A stretch of DNA of 64,000 bases from an uncultured Pelagibacteraceae bacterium (GCA_902526005.1 CABZIW010000001.1:196511-260510); one strand, 5' to 3'; shown: positions 31,082 to 41,019, counted from the stretch's first letter. The notes: a model not told the origin generated them from the letters alone. Translations and numbers: made by a program.

Positions 31082-31618
31082 TTACAGTTCTGAAGCAATT
31101 GCTAATGATCTTGCTGAAGTTAAAATACTTTGTTTTATTTTTAAGCTTTGTTCAGAATTAATACCTTGGTCTATCCACCTATCACCATCTAAAGACTGTG
31201 TAAACAATGATACTGTTACACTCTCATCTGTCATTTCTTGATCAATAACTCTTACATTTATTTTAATTCTACTTTTGCCATCATCAAGACTGTACCAGTC
31301 TGTAACAATAATACCTGATGCTGAGTCAACTGAGATTAAAGGCATAAATCCAACTTTATCTAACGCCACACTAAATGTTATGGAGGCAACTTCAAAATTT
31401 GTTCCTGATCCAAGTCCCAACGATCCAAGAATACCCTGACCAGAGTTCTCTATTATTGTGCTTCCACTGGGTAAATTAAGATCTCTATCCTTAGCTTTTT
31501 CCGTTAATACTTTTTGTTCTTGAGAATCATAAACTTCAGGTGCATCCTGCAAACCTTGAATTTGAGCGCAAGAAATGAGAAACAGTAGTAAAATTGACGA
31601 AATTATTGGTTTTTTCAT
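31082..31618 (-). CDS. DUF3576-like lipoprotein
   Basis: Lipobox LISC; FMPLISVDSASGIIVTDWY; usual leuS neighbour. Confidence 0.85.
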   Translation of the reverse strand: MKKPIISSILLLFLISCAQIQGLQDAPEVYDSQEQKVLTEKAKDRDLNLPSGSTIIENSGQGILGSLGLGSGTNFEVASITFSVALDKVGFMPLISVDSASGIIVTDWYSLDDGKSRIKINVRVIDQEMTDESVTVSLFTQSLDGDRWIDQGINSEQSLKIKQSILTSARSLAIASEL

Positions 31619-31850
31619 AATTTTTAATTGAAATTGAGTGTTTCGTTCAATAATTATATATTTAAACTATAAAGTTGATTTAATACATTTTTCTTATTTT
31701 TTAAACAAAATTTGATAGTGGCATAAATGTCACATATGAACATAAAAATGTGATATTTAAGAAATTACCTTTAATAAACCTCACTATTTTTGATAAAAGA
31801 TATTCCAGTTAAATTTAACTATGATCAATTATCATATGAAAGGAAATTTT

Positions 31851-32864
31851 ATGAATAGATCAAAAATAATCGGAGCAACCGCTTTAGCTTCAGTTATGGC
31901 TGCTGGTGCAGCTCATTCTGAAATGGCTATTAACGGTTATTTCGCTGGTACGTTGACAGATAACGACGGTGGTGGATTAGCATCAACGTTTTCTACGAAC
32001 TCTATCTACGTATCTTACAGCGACTCTATGGATAACGGTATGGGCGTTGGCTTAACAATGTCTGTTACTGCTGCTGGCATCAAAACTGATGTCAACTTCG
32101 ACACAGGTATGGGTACTATCGGTTTAGGTATCGGTCAAGACTCTGCTGTGGACAGCATGGACTCAAACCCAGCATGTTTCTCACTAGTAAATTGCTGGAA
32201 CGTTGCATTTAGTGGTAAAGGCGGCGGAGCTGGAGTTTATGACGATGGTGACGCACCGTCTGGTAACTCAATTGCTTACTCAAACTCAGTAGGCGGAATA
32301 TCTTTTAAAGTTACTAGAGGTATGGAAACTGACTCTGTTGCTGGTACTGCTGGTACAGCGATTAATACAGACGATTCAACTGATCTCGTTAACTTAGCAG
32401 CTGGTGACGATCCTGCAGAGGGATATACTAGATTATCTGGTACTTCCGCTACAGAGGGCTATGACGCTGTAATGTCATTTGCTGCTAAAGGATCAATCAT
32501 GGGCGCAACAATTGCTGCCGGTGTATCACAAATTGATTACAAAGGTACTACTACTGATAAGGATCCAAACTTCTTAACTGTTGGTTATTCAATAGCTGGC
32601 CTTAACTTAGGTTATGCTGTTTATGACTCTGATGACGGTTCAGAAGAAACTCACATGGGTGTAGGAACATCTGTAGCTGGAATGGACGTTGGTGTTCAAT
32701 TCGCTGACAGAGATTTCACTACTGATACTGATTACATGAGAGTATCTGTTAACAAAGGAATGGGTGCCGCTTCTTTCGGTATTGATTATCTTGAAACAGA
32801 TGTTGCTGGTGGATCAGCTAGTGACACTGATAAGTGGGTCTTTAACTACGTAGTTGGATTCTAA
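31851..32864 (+). CDS. Outer-membrane porin
   Basis: Signal peptide (AAHS), amphipathic beta strands, MDNGM..G motif, C-terminal Phe, SD AGGA, highly biased codons. Confidence 0.88.
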   Translation: MNRSKIIGATALASVMAAGAAHSEMAINGYFAGTLTDNDGGGLASTFSTNSIYVSYSDSMDNGMGVGLTMSVTAAGIKTDVNFDTGMGTIGLGIGQDSAVDSMDSNPACFSLVNCWNVAFSGKGGGAGVYDDGDAPSGNSIAYSNSVGGISFKVTRGMETDSVAGTAGTAINTDDSTDLVNLAAGDDPAEGYTRLSGTSATEGYDAVMSFAAKGSIMGATIAAGVSQIDYKGTTTDKDPNFLTVGYSIAGLNLGYAVYDSDDGSEETHMGVGTSVAGMDVGVQFADRDFTTDTDYMRVSVNKGMGAASFGIDYLETDVAGGSASDTDKWVFNYVVGF

Positions 32865-32889
32865 TCATCTAATTATTAGTTTATGACTT

Positions 32890-32925
32890 AAAATGCCCTA
32901 CATTAATTTGTAGGGCATTTTTTTT
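32890..32925 (+). terminator. Rho-independent terminator after porin
   Basis: AAAATGCCCTACA-TTAATT-TGTAGGGCATTTT followed by T run. Confidence 0.92.
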
Positions 32926-33579
32926 ATGAGTAATTACAAAAATTTTTTAAGCAGTCTAGAAGCATCTCTAAGAAGTGCCAATAGAAACCCTCAAGATATT
33001 GAATTGATAGCAGTCAGTAAAAAAAAGTCTGCTAAAGATATACAAAAAGTAATCAATGAGGGCCATCTATCATTTGGTGAAAATCAAATACAGGAAATCG
33101 AGAGTAAGTGGCCTGATCTAAAAAAACTTAATCCAAGTATCAAGCTGCATTTTATTGGCAGTATTCAAAGTAGAAAAGTTGAGCAAATTCATAAACATTG
33201 CGAAGTTATTCACTCTATTGATCGAAAAAAAATAGTGCAGAAATTTGCTGAGCTTGAAACATCAGATAAAATCAAGCGAAAATATTTTATACAAATTAAT
33301 ACAGGGAATGAGTTACAAAAATCAGGGGTTTTATTTAATGAGGCAGATGAATTTATTTTAGATTGTAAATCCAACTATAATTTAAATATCATTGGACTAA
33401 TGTGTCTACCTCCGATTGACGAAGATCCTAGAAATCATTTTTCAAAGTTGGCAGATCTAGCAAAAAAATTTAATTTAAATTGTTTAAGTATGGGCATGTC
33501 AGGAGATTATCAAGTTGCCCTAGAGTGCGGTGCCACTCATATAAGAATTGGCACCCGTATTTTTGGTGAGCGAAGTTAA
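32926..33579 (+). CDS. yggS: PLP homeostasis protein YggS/PROSC
   Basis: LIAVSK, FGENQIQE, HFIGSIQ, GLMCLPP, LSMGMSGDY, RIGT.IFG. Confidence 0.96.
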   Translation: MSNYKNFLSSLEASLRSANRNPQDIELIAVSKKKSAKDIQKVINEGHLSFGENQIQEIESKWPDLKKLNPSIKLHFIGSIQSRKVEQIHKHCEVIHSIDRKKIVQKFAELETSDKIKRKYFIQINTGNELQKSGVLFNEADEFILDCKSNYNLNIIGLMCLPPIDEDPRNHFSKLADLAKKFNLNCLSMGMSGDYQVALECGATHIRIGTRIFGERS

Positions 33580-34070
33580 TCTTTTATAATCAACTTTGTT
33601 GTTACATCTATCTTTTTTGCTAATTCAATAATATTTTCTTTTTTTATCGCTACGCACCCTTCCGTTCCCTCAAAATTTGGTTTGCTAATATGTAAAAAAA
33701 TTGCACTTCCTTTTCCTGGTACAATGGGGTCAGTGTTATGATTGATTACACATAGCAAATCATAAAGATCATCATCTCTGAATAATTTCTCAGCACTTGC
33801 ATCAAAAGGAAATTTGATATGTTGATTGTATAGTTTATTTTTTGGATCATCACACCAACCATCATTTTTTTCAATTACCGCAAAAGGGATCTTGAAGGAA
33901 AATTCTCCCAATTTATCTTTTCTATAATAAATTTTTTGAAACATAAATTCTCCAACAGGGGTCTTATGATCACCCTCAATTTTATTTGTTGTTAGACCCG
34001 CGCGGCCTATTGCACAAGCAAATCGACCTAGATCAGAATGAAGATAATTATTTTGTACTAATAAATTCAC
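33576..34070 (-). CDS. L,D-transpeptidase (YkuD-like) family protein
   Basis: KIEGDHKTPVG, GWCDDP, GSAIFLH...TEGCVA. Confidence 0.9.
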   Translation of the reverse strand: MNLLVQNNYLHSDLGRFACAIGRAGLTTNKIEGDHKTPVGEFMFQKIYYRKDKLGEFSFKIPFAVIEKNDGWCDDPKNKLYNQHIKFPFDASAEKLFRDDDLYDLLCVINHNTDPIVPGKGSAIFLHISKPNFEGTEGCVAIKKENIIELAKKIDVTTKLIIKD

Positions 34071-34095
34071 AATCTATATTATAATCATATGGAAA

Positions 34096-34755
34096 ATGGA
34101 AAAAAGAATAATCCCAATCATATTTGGAAATGATAAATTAAGGCTCATTTTTTCTGAAATAATTGATACCAACAATATTTTTGGCAATTTAGAATTTCAA
34201 CTTATCAACAAAAATGATTTAGAAAAAAATTTTGGAAGTATTTTAATTACAGATAATGAATTCGCATTAAAAGAACTATCCCATGCAATTAAATTTGACA
34301 CGGTTTTTATAATTAATTGCAATAGTGATACGTTAGAAATGGATAAACTAAATAGTGAGATCGTTCTGTTAAGCATACCACTGCAAATCAGAGAACTATA
34401 TCATAGAGTTTCTAATAGCTTGGATCAAATCAATTCACAAACTGCACGAAAATTAATTTTTAATAAGTACACTTATGACCCAAATATGAGAACTCTCTCT
34501 AAAGACAATCTTTATTTAAGATTCACAGAAAAAGAATCTCAAATTTTTAATAGTCTCTTAGACAATAGTAATACTCATATTTCCAAAAAAAATCTGTTAA
34601 AAAAAGTATGGAGTTATAATGAAGATATAGATACGCATACTCTCGAAACTCACATATATTCCTTGAGAAAAAAAATTGAAAAAAACCTTTTACTTAAAGA
34701 TCTGATTATCTTTGAAGATAATAAAGGTTACTTTTTAAATAAAAAGATATTGTAA
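34096..34755 (+). CDS. OmpR-type winged-helix regulator, CenR-like, with degenerate receiver domain
   Basis: C-terminal TEKE...LLKKVWSY....THTLETHIYSLRKKIE; synteny with L,D-transpeptidase/yggS. Confidence 0.8.
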   Translation: MEKRIIPIIFGNDKLRLIFSEIIDTNNIFGNLEFQLINKNDLEKNFGSILITDNEFALKELSHAIKFDTVFIINCNSDTLEMDKLNSEIVLLSIPLQIRELYHRVSNSLDQINSQTARKLIFNKYTYDPNMRTLSKDNLYLRFTEKESQIFNSLLDNSNTHISKKNLLKKVWSYNEDIDTHTLETHIYSLRKKIEKNLLLKDLIIFEDNKGYFLNKKIL

Positions 34756-34756
34756 A

Positions 34757-36115
34757 TTAAACATTGAGTAATAAGTGCTCTCGCTCCCATGCACTGATAA
34801 CATTTTGATAAGCGTCGTGTTCTGTTTGCTTAATTTCTGTAAAAAGAGTTACAAATTCTTTACCCAAAGTTTCAGATAACTCATTACTTACTTTTAATCT
34901 TTTTAACGCATCAGGCAGATATTTGGGAATATTATGCCGTCTTTCAAACGCGTCTCCTGCAGTAGGTTTTTCTGGTTCTAATTTTTCCTTTAATCCTAAA
35001 TATCCACACGCGAGCGATGCAGCAAGAGCAAGATATGGATTTGTATCAGCACCAGGTATTCTGTTTTCAATTCTTCTTGAGTCTGGTGATGATGTTGGAA
35101 CCCTAAAGGCAACGGTTCTATTTTCGATGCCCCAGTGGGTATTAATTGGAGCTGAGGCATCAATGACAAATCGCCTGTATGAATTCACATATGGTGCAAA
35201 TAAGAGCATTGCATCAGGTAAATATGTCTGCAGACCTCCTATATAATTTAAAAATTCTTTTGAATTATTTCCTTCTTGATCACTAAACAGATTTTTATTT
35301 GTTTTAGTTGATACCAGATTTTGGTGTATGTGCATTGAACTTCCAGGCTGACCTTGATAGGGCTTAGCCATAAACGTTGCATGTATGCCATGTTTTAATG
35401 CGACTTGCCTTACTGCTCTTTTAAACATGAACGCTTGGTCTGCAAGCGCAAGAGGATCACCATGATTTAGATTTATTTCTATTTGAGATGGACCAGACTC
35501 ATGCACAAGTGTGTCTACTCCAATCTCCATTAGTTCACAATAATCGTAAATATCATCTGTTAATGCGTCAAACTCATTAACGGCATCTATTCCGAAGACA
35601 CGGCTGCCAGTTTCTCTTCGACCAGATTTTCCAACTGGTGTTTTTAGAGGTAAATCAGGATCAAGATTTTGCTCACATAGATAAAATTCTAATTCAGGTG
35701 CAACAATTGCTTTTAAATTTTCTTCTTTTAATAATTCAATAATATTTATTAAAACCTGGCGCGGTGCTATTTCTGATGCTTCACCGGTGCCATATTTAAG
35801 ATCGCAAATAATTTGCGCTGTTGGTTCTTTGTTCCAAGGTATTTTTCTCAAAGTTGAAAGGTCAGGAGACATAAATAAATCTTCCTCGACATAATCAATC
35901 ACTTCGCTCTCATAGACCCATTTACCAGAAACTGTTTGACCAAAAACCGAATCAGCGAGCTTGAGACTCTGGTCTTCTATGGATTTTAAAAATCTTTGAA
36001 CAGGAAGAATTTTCCCCTTTGATGATCCTGCCATATCAGGAAAAATACATTCTACTTCAGATATTCTATTTGACTCAAGCCATTGCTTGAGCTCACTGTT
36101 TGAACTAACCGTCAT
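34757..36115 (-). CDS. Glutamine synthetase-like gamma-glutamyl(poly)amine ligase (PuuA/SpuI type)
   Basis: APELEFYL, HESGPSQIEIN, TFMAKP...PGSSMHIHQ, ENRTVAFRVP, RIENRIPGADTNPY, WEREHLLLNV. Confidence 0.88.
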   Translation of the reverse strand: MTVSSNSELKQWLESNRISEVECIFPDMAGSSKGKILPVQRFLKSIEDQSLKLADSVFGQTVSGKWVYESEVIDYVEEDLFMSPDLSTLRKIPWNKEPTAQIICDLKYGTGEASEIAPRQVLINIIELLKEENLKAIVAPELEFYLCEQNLDPDLPLKTPVGKSGRRETGSRVFGIDAVNEFDALTDDIYDYCELMEIGVDTLVHESGPSQIEINLNHGDPLALADQAFMFKRAVRQVALKHGIHATFMAKPYQGQPGSSMHIHQNLVSTKTNKNLFSDQEGNNSKEFLNYIGGLQTYLPDAMLLFAPYVNSYRRFVIDASAPINTHWGIENRTVAFRVPTSSPDSRRIENRIPGADTNPYLALAASLACGYLGLKEKLEPEKPTAGDAFERRHNIPKYLPDALKRLKVSNELSETLGKEFVTLFTEIKQTEHDAYQNVISAWEREHLLLNV

Positions 36116-36150
36116 TGCTGTTGAAATATTTTATAAAACCTGCCTGTGGC

Positions 36151-36720
36151 TTAATTATATTTAACCACGAATAAATTCTGGCTTATAAATATATTTTTTT
36201 TTATTTTTGTAAACTTAAAAACAGTTTTATTACTAAATTCATCATAAATTTCCCATTTTTTGAGATCTAAAGACTGTCGATCAAATACAAATTTGATTTG
36301 ATTATCAGAATTGTCATCTTTAACTTTAAGCAATAGATGATAAAAATTATTTTCATCTGTCAGAGATATGATATCGAATTCGTTCTCTATTAGGATATTT
36401 TCCGATAAAAGTTTTTTCAAAATACTATTGCCGATAGGAAAACTATCAATTTGATAACCCTCCTTATCCACCACAACCATCAAACTTTTATTCGTGATGA
36501 TGTCTTCTTCTCTACCATCATACACGAACTTTGATTTAAAAGGTTTTAAAAAAAAAAATTGTCCGTTAAAAATATTTCCTTCTTGATCAATTTGTTCAAA
36601 TTGACCCGACATTGATTGTGTTTCATTCCAATTAGCTTCTATGCCTGTAATAATTTGATTAGATGAAGAATTATTGACAACAAAAAAAAATAGGAAGATG
36701 GTTAAAATAAATGACTTCAT
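36151..36720 (-). CDS. lolA: Outer-membrane lipoprotein carrier LolA
   Basis: Signal peptide, MSGQFEQ, KP.K.KFVY; directly after ftsK. Confidence 0.8.
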   Translation of the reverse strand: MKSFILTIFLFFFVVNNSSSNQIITGIEANWNETQSMSGQFEQIDQEGNIFNGQFFFLKPFKSKFVYDGREEDIITNKSLMVVVDKEGYQIDSFPIGNSILKKLLSENILIENEFDIISLTDENNFYHLLLKVKDDNSDNQIKFVFDRQSLDLKKWEIYDEFSNKTVFKFTKIKKNIFISQNLFVVKYN

Positions 36721-38996
36721 CAGGAATTAAATTTATCAAAATTAATTTCCCTCTTACCTACATGATTTGCGGCACTAATATATCCACTTTCTTCAAGTTG
36801 ATCCATTATTCTTGCTGCACGATTATATCCAATTTGTAGTTTTCTTTGTAAAAGGCTTGTAGATGCTTTACCTTCTTTTTTTATAATATCCAAAGAGTCC
36901 TGAAGTAGATTATCGTGATCACCTTCAGAGACTATTCCAAGATCATTTTCAATCTCTTCTTCTTTTAATATTTCTTCGTCATATTCAGGATTGCCTTGTT
37001 TTTGAAGTGCACGAACAATATTCTCTATTTCGTGATCTGATATAAAAGGACCGTGTATTCTTGATGTAATTCCGCCAGCAGTCATCATTAACATATCGCC
37101 TTTGCCTAACAGTCTTTCAGCTCCCTCATCACCGAGAATGGTGCGACTATCAAACTTTGAACTTACTTGAAAACTAATTCTGCTTGGGAAATTAGCCTTA
37201 ATAGTTCCTGTAATCACATCAACACTTGGTCTTTGAGTGGCCATAATTAAATGAATACCCGCGGCTCTTGCCATTTGTGACAGTCTTTGAATTGCGTGTT
37301 CAATTTCCTTTCCTGCAACCATCATCAAGTCGGCCATTTCATCAACAACAACAACAATGAAAGGCATTTTTTTATTTTCGATTTCAATTTGTGTAGTTGT
37401 TGGTTGTCCAGTTTCCGGGTTTATTCCAGATGGGACTGATCTCACTATCTTTTCCGACTTTTTGATAGCTTCAGCTATTCTCTGATTATAGTTTTCAATA
37501 TTTCTAACACCTAATAAGGACATTTTTTTGTATCGAGACTCCATTTCTCTAACGACCCATTTAAGTGCAACAATTGCTTTTTTTGGATCAGTCACAACTG
37601 GAGTGATTAGATGAGGAACACCTTCATATACTGATAATTCAAGCATCTTTGGATCAATTAATATGAATTTGCAGTCCTCAGGAGAATGTTTGTAAAGGAT
37701 TGAAGTAATCATTACATTTATTCCTACAGATTTTCCAGAACCTGTTGTCCCAGCAATAAGAAGGTGAGGCATATTTTCTAAATTAGCAAACTTAGCATTG
37801 CCACTTATATCTTTACCGAGAGCTAAAATTAAATTTTTTTCATTATTTACAAATTGTTCATTTTTAAAAAGCTCACTCAGATAAACAGGATTCTTAATGG
37901 TATTTGGTATTTCGATCCCAATGACATTTTTGCCTGGAATGATTGCAACACGAGCTGACATCGCACTCATATTTCTTGCTATATCATCCGATAATGAAAT
38001 TATTTTTGAGGCCTTAATTCCTGGTGCAGGTTGCAGTTCATACATGGTGACTATTGGGCCAGGTGAAACTGCAATAATTTCTCCGTCAATCTTAAAATCA
38101 GTCAAAACATTTTTTAGCTTTTCAGCATTTATTTTAAGCTCATCATGATTAACGGCATTATCTTTATTTATTTCGGGTTTAGATAAAAAATTTATATCTG
38201 GCGCTTTATATGACTCTACATCAAAGACTATTTCGTCTTGTTGACTCACTATTTCTTTATTGGTTACTTCATTACCATAAGTTGAAACTGGTTCATTTTT
38301 TAGCGACTCAAAATCAATTTTAGGTTCAAGGCTTTTACTGCTGAGAGTGCTCTCGGATGAAATTTTTTGAACCGGCTTATTAAAAAGATTTGCATAAACT
38401 AGGCTCACTGTTTTTTTAAAATAAGAAACAAAGACTTTTATAACTTGTAATACAGCTTTTAAAATCTTACTCCATTCATCTAAATTTAAGCCCATTGTAA
38501 AGTAAAATGACGCAAGAAAAAAAATAAATATGACTGTGACGAATAAATAATTTAGATATACGTTAGTCAGCAAGTTAAGTTCATTGATAAAAACGAATGA
38601 TTGGGTCGCAATAAATCCATTTGATATCGGTATGTTTACTGCTTCAAAAAAAAGAGCAAGTAAATAGACTGTGATTGGTAACAATAAAAAATTAAGTGCA
38701 AACAATTCTAAGTTTTTAGAAAAAAAAAGTTTGTACGCCCAGCTGGTTAGAACAATGCAAATGAGAAAGCTGCCATATCCAAAAAATTGAATTAGTATTT
38801 CAGATATATTTGCTCCAACATATCCTCCAACATTTTTTATTTCGTAGTTGTTTAAATTTAGAATACTTGGGTCAAAACTTGAATAACTTACTATTGATAT
38901 GAGTATAAATGCACTTAATAAAATTGACGCAACACCACTTATCTCAAGTAATCGATTGAACAAAAAAAGTTTAATAGAGTCAGGTAAAAGCTTCAT
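36720..38996 (-). CDS. ftsK: DNA translocase FtsK
   Basis: N-terminal TM domain, PHLLIAGTTGSGKS, IDPKMLELS, ATQRPSVDVITG, gamma domain LQRKLQIGYNRAAR. Confidence 0.98.
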   Translation of the reverse strand: MKLLPDSIKLFLFNRLLEISGVASILLSAFILISIVSYSSFDPSILNLNNYEIKNVGGYVGANISEILIQFFGYGSFLICIVLTSWAYKLFFSKNLELFALNFLLLPITVYLLALFFEAVNIPISNGFIATQSFVFINELNLLTNVYLNYLFVTVIFIFFLASFYFTMGLNLDEWSKILKAVLQVIKVFVSYFKKTVSLVYANLFNKPVQKISSESTLSSKSLEPKIDFESLKNEPVSTYGNEVTNKEIVSQQDEIVFDVESYKAPDINFLSKPEINKDNAVNHDELKINAEKLKNVLTDFKIDGEIIAVSPGPIVTMYELQPAPGIKASKIISLSDDIARNMSAMSARVAIIPGKNVIGIEIPNTIKNPVYLSELFKNEQFVNNEKNLILALGKDISGNAKFANLENMPHLLIAGTTGSGKSVGINVMITSILYKHSPEDCKFILIDPKMLELSVYEGVPHLITPVVTDPKKAIVALKWVVREMESRYKKMSLLGVRNIENYNQRIAEAIKKSEKIVRSVPSGINPETGQPTTTQIEIENKKMPFIVVVVDEMADLMMVAGKEIEHAIQRLSQMARAAGIHLIMATQRPSVDVITGTIKANFPSRISFQVSSKFDSRTILGDEGAERLLGKGDMLMMTAGGITSRIHGPFISDHEIENIVRALQKQGNPEYDEEILKEEEIENDLGIVSEGDHDNLLQDSLDIIKKEGKASTSLLQRKLQIGYNRAARIMDQLEESGYISAANHVGKREINFDKFNS

Positions 38997-39102
38997 TATT
39001 TAACAAATAAAATAAAAATGTTTAGATTCTATTAGTATTTGATTCATCTTGTTATTATATAGTTTCTTAAACAATTAACTGACTAAATTATTTAAATAAT
39101 AA

Positions 39103-40275
39103 ATGAAACATGAATTTGCTATATTTGGGTTCGGTATTTCAGCTAAAATAACATCATGCCTTTTAGCCAGAAATGGATTTTCAGTCTGTCTAATTTCAGA
39201 TAAAGATCAAAAGCAAGAAATATCTAATACTAACCTTGTCACATTTTTATCTAGAGGTTCGCTTAATTATCTCTCTTCCATGCTCCCAAACATAATGCTA
39301 TTTGAAGAACACCCTGAAATTGACTCTATACACTGTGAATTAAACAGCCTGAGAGGAAATAAGCCTCAGTCCATAAAGTTTAATGATGGAGAAAAGCAAA
39401 ATCTTGGAAAAATTGTAAAAAACACAGACTTAGAAAAATACTTGGATCAAGAGATAGGCCAGTTAAGCAATATAAATATTATTCATGGAAGCTATCCTTC
39501 TATGGTCGAAAATAAAAAAGATGGAATTAAACTTAAACTTAATAACGGAGAAGAAATAGACACTGATTTATTTATATTATCATCAACAAAAAATAATATT
39601 ACTGATCATATAAATGTTGATTTTATTAAAAAAGACTTAGAAAAGGATGCCTTATCCATAAGTGTTGAAGGTGATATTAAAAATGCAAATTGTGCATTTC
39701 AAAAATTTACCTCCGATGGACCTTTAGCTCTGTTACCTTATTCAAAGAATGAAGCTTCTATTGTTTGGTCATTAAAAAGAGATTCAAAATTATTACACAA
39801 AAATGATGAAGAGCTTTTGCAAATTATCACTAAGCACCTGAGTGAACAGGTTTCTTCAATTAAAATGATAAGCAATGAAAAACATCAGCTCCAATTTGTC
39901 TATGCCAAAAATCTTGTATACAAAAATACAGTATTGCTAGGCAATATTGCTCATAATATACATCCTATTGCTGGCCAAGGACTTAATTTAAGCGTTAAAG
40001 ATATAGCTGTGTTTGTAAACCAGATTAAAAAATATAAATCGTTAGGCTATAAGCTTAATGATCAAATGGCTTTGGACGAGTTTGAAACGAAAAGAAAAAT
40101 GGATAACACAGCCTATTCATTTGGTACATTTTTACTTGATGACATACTTTCCAGTAATAACGACTTTGTAAATTATACTGCCCGAACAGGCCTGGGTTTA
40201 GTTGAAAAGATAAAAAATTTCAAACAGTTTTTTATTAGAAGTGCTACAGGTGAAGATTTTTATAAAGCTCTTTAA
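39103..40275 (+). CDS. UbiH/UbiL-family FAD-dependent hydroxylase (divergent)
   Basis: AFQKF..DGPLALLP, SIVWS, GNIAHNIHPIAGQGLNL..KD. Confidence 0.8.
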   Translation: MKHEFAIFGFGISAKITSCLLARNGFSVCLISDKDQKQEISNTNLVTFLSRGSLNYLSSMLPNIMLFEEHPEIDSIHCELNSLRGNKPQSIKFNDGEKQNLGKIVKNTDLEKYLDQEIGQLSNINIIHGSYPSMVENKKDGIKLKLNNGEEIDTDLFILSSTKNNITDHINVDFIKKDLEKDALSISVEGDIKNANCAFQKFTSDGPLALLPYSKNEASIVWSLKRDSKLLHKNDEELLQIITKHLSEQVSSIKMISNEKHQLQFVYAKNLVYKNTVLLGNIAHNIHPIAGQGLNLSVKDIAVFVNQIKKYKSLGYKLNDQMALDEFETKRKMDNTAYSFGTFLLDDILSSNNDFVNYTARTGLGLVEKIKNFKQFFIRSATGEDFYKAL

Positions 40276-40928
40276 TGTAGCTGATCGCTTTTTTCTCCAG
40301 AAAGATCGAAGATATAAGATTGATAGAGCGCCTCAAGTGCGTGACCTCTTGTAATCAATGTTTTTGCTTCAAGAAGAAGTTGTTTTTCTTCGGGAGTGAA
40401 AGGAACCAATATTCCTGAATAATTTATCAATTGCTCAGTTGGAGTTTGTTTAATTATCTCCCAGTCAGCTAATATTTTTCTGTGTTCTAGATATCGTTTA
40501 ACCAAAGCCAGAAGTTTTGACCGGTCAATGCTGTCACTATTTTGACTCTCGGTATCAGTCTTAAAATTATCGTAGTTAGCGAGAACCTGCCTGTAAGGGG
40601 TTGTTACATCCAATTCCTCATCAACTTCGAATCTTACAACGCCAGATAATGTAATTAAGTATCTACTGTCCTCTGCCTCGTTAAATGAGGAGATACGACC
40701 GACACATCCAACTTTTTTTAAAGATTTGTTTCCGGCCTCTTGATTTTGTGATGCAGGCTGTATCATGCCTAAGAGTCTTCCTGGGCTAGCAAGAGCATCA
40801 TCTATCATTTGAACATAGCGTGGCTCAAAAATGTTTAAGGGTAATTGTGTTCCAGGAAAAAGAACTGCTCCAGTTAACGGAAATATGGGGATTTTTCTGG
40901 ATAGATCCTGAATATTGATGTTTTTCAT
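40272..40928 (-). CDS. LON peptidase substrate-binding (N) domain protein
   Basis: IPIFPL.GAVLFPG..LPLNIFEPRY..M, VGCVGRI; ATG at 40928 preferred. Confidence 0.9.
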   Translation of the reverse strand: MKNINIQDLSRKIPIFPLTGAVLFPGTQLPLNIFEPRYVQMIDDALASPGRLLGMIQPASQNQEAGNKSLKKVGCVGRISSFNEAEDSRYLITLSGVVRFEVDEELDVTTPYRQVLANYDNFKTDTESQNSDSIDRSKLLALVKRYLEHRKILADWEIIKQTPTEQLINYSGILVPFTPEEKQLLLEAKTLITRGHALEALYQSYIFDLSGEKSDQLH

Positions 40929-41019
40929 GTTATTAAAAATAATACAATAGTTGTTATAAAAATGAAATAATCCGCTTATCTTGAAAAACAAGGCTTTTTC
41001 TATTAGAAGAAACAATATT

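Noticed and set aside
40929-41015. N-terminal extension of the LON-N gene in the ORF track
   Set aside because: Covers the divergent promoter region of tRNA-Gly; family similarity begins after ATG 40928.
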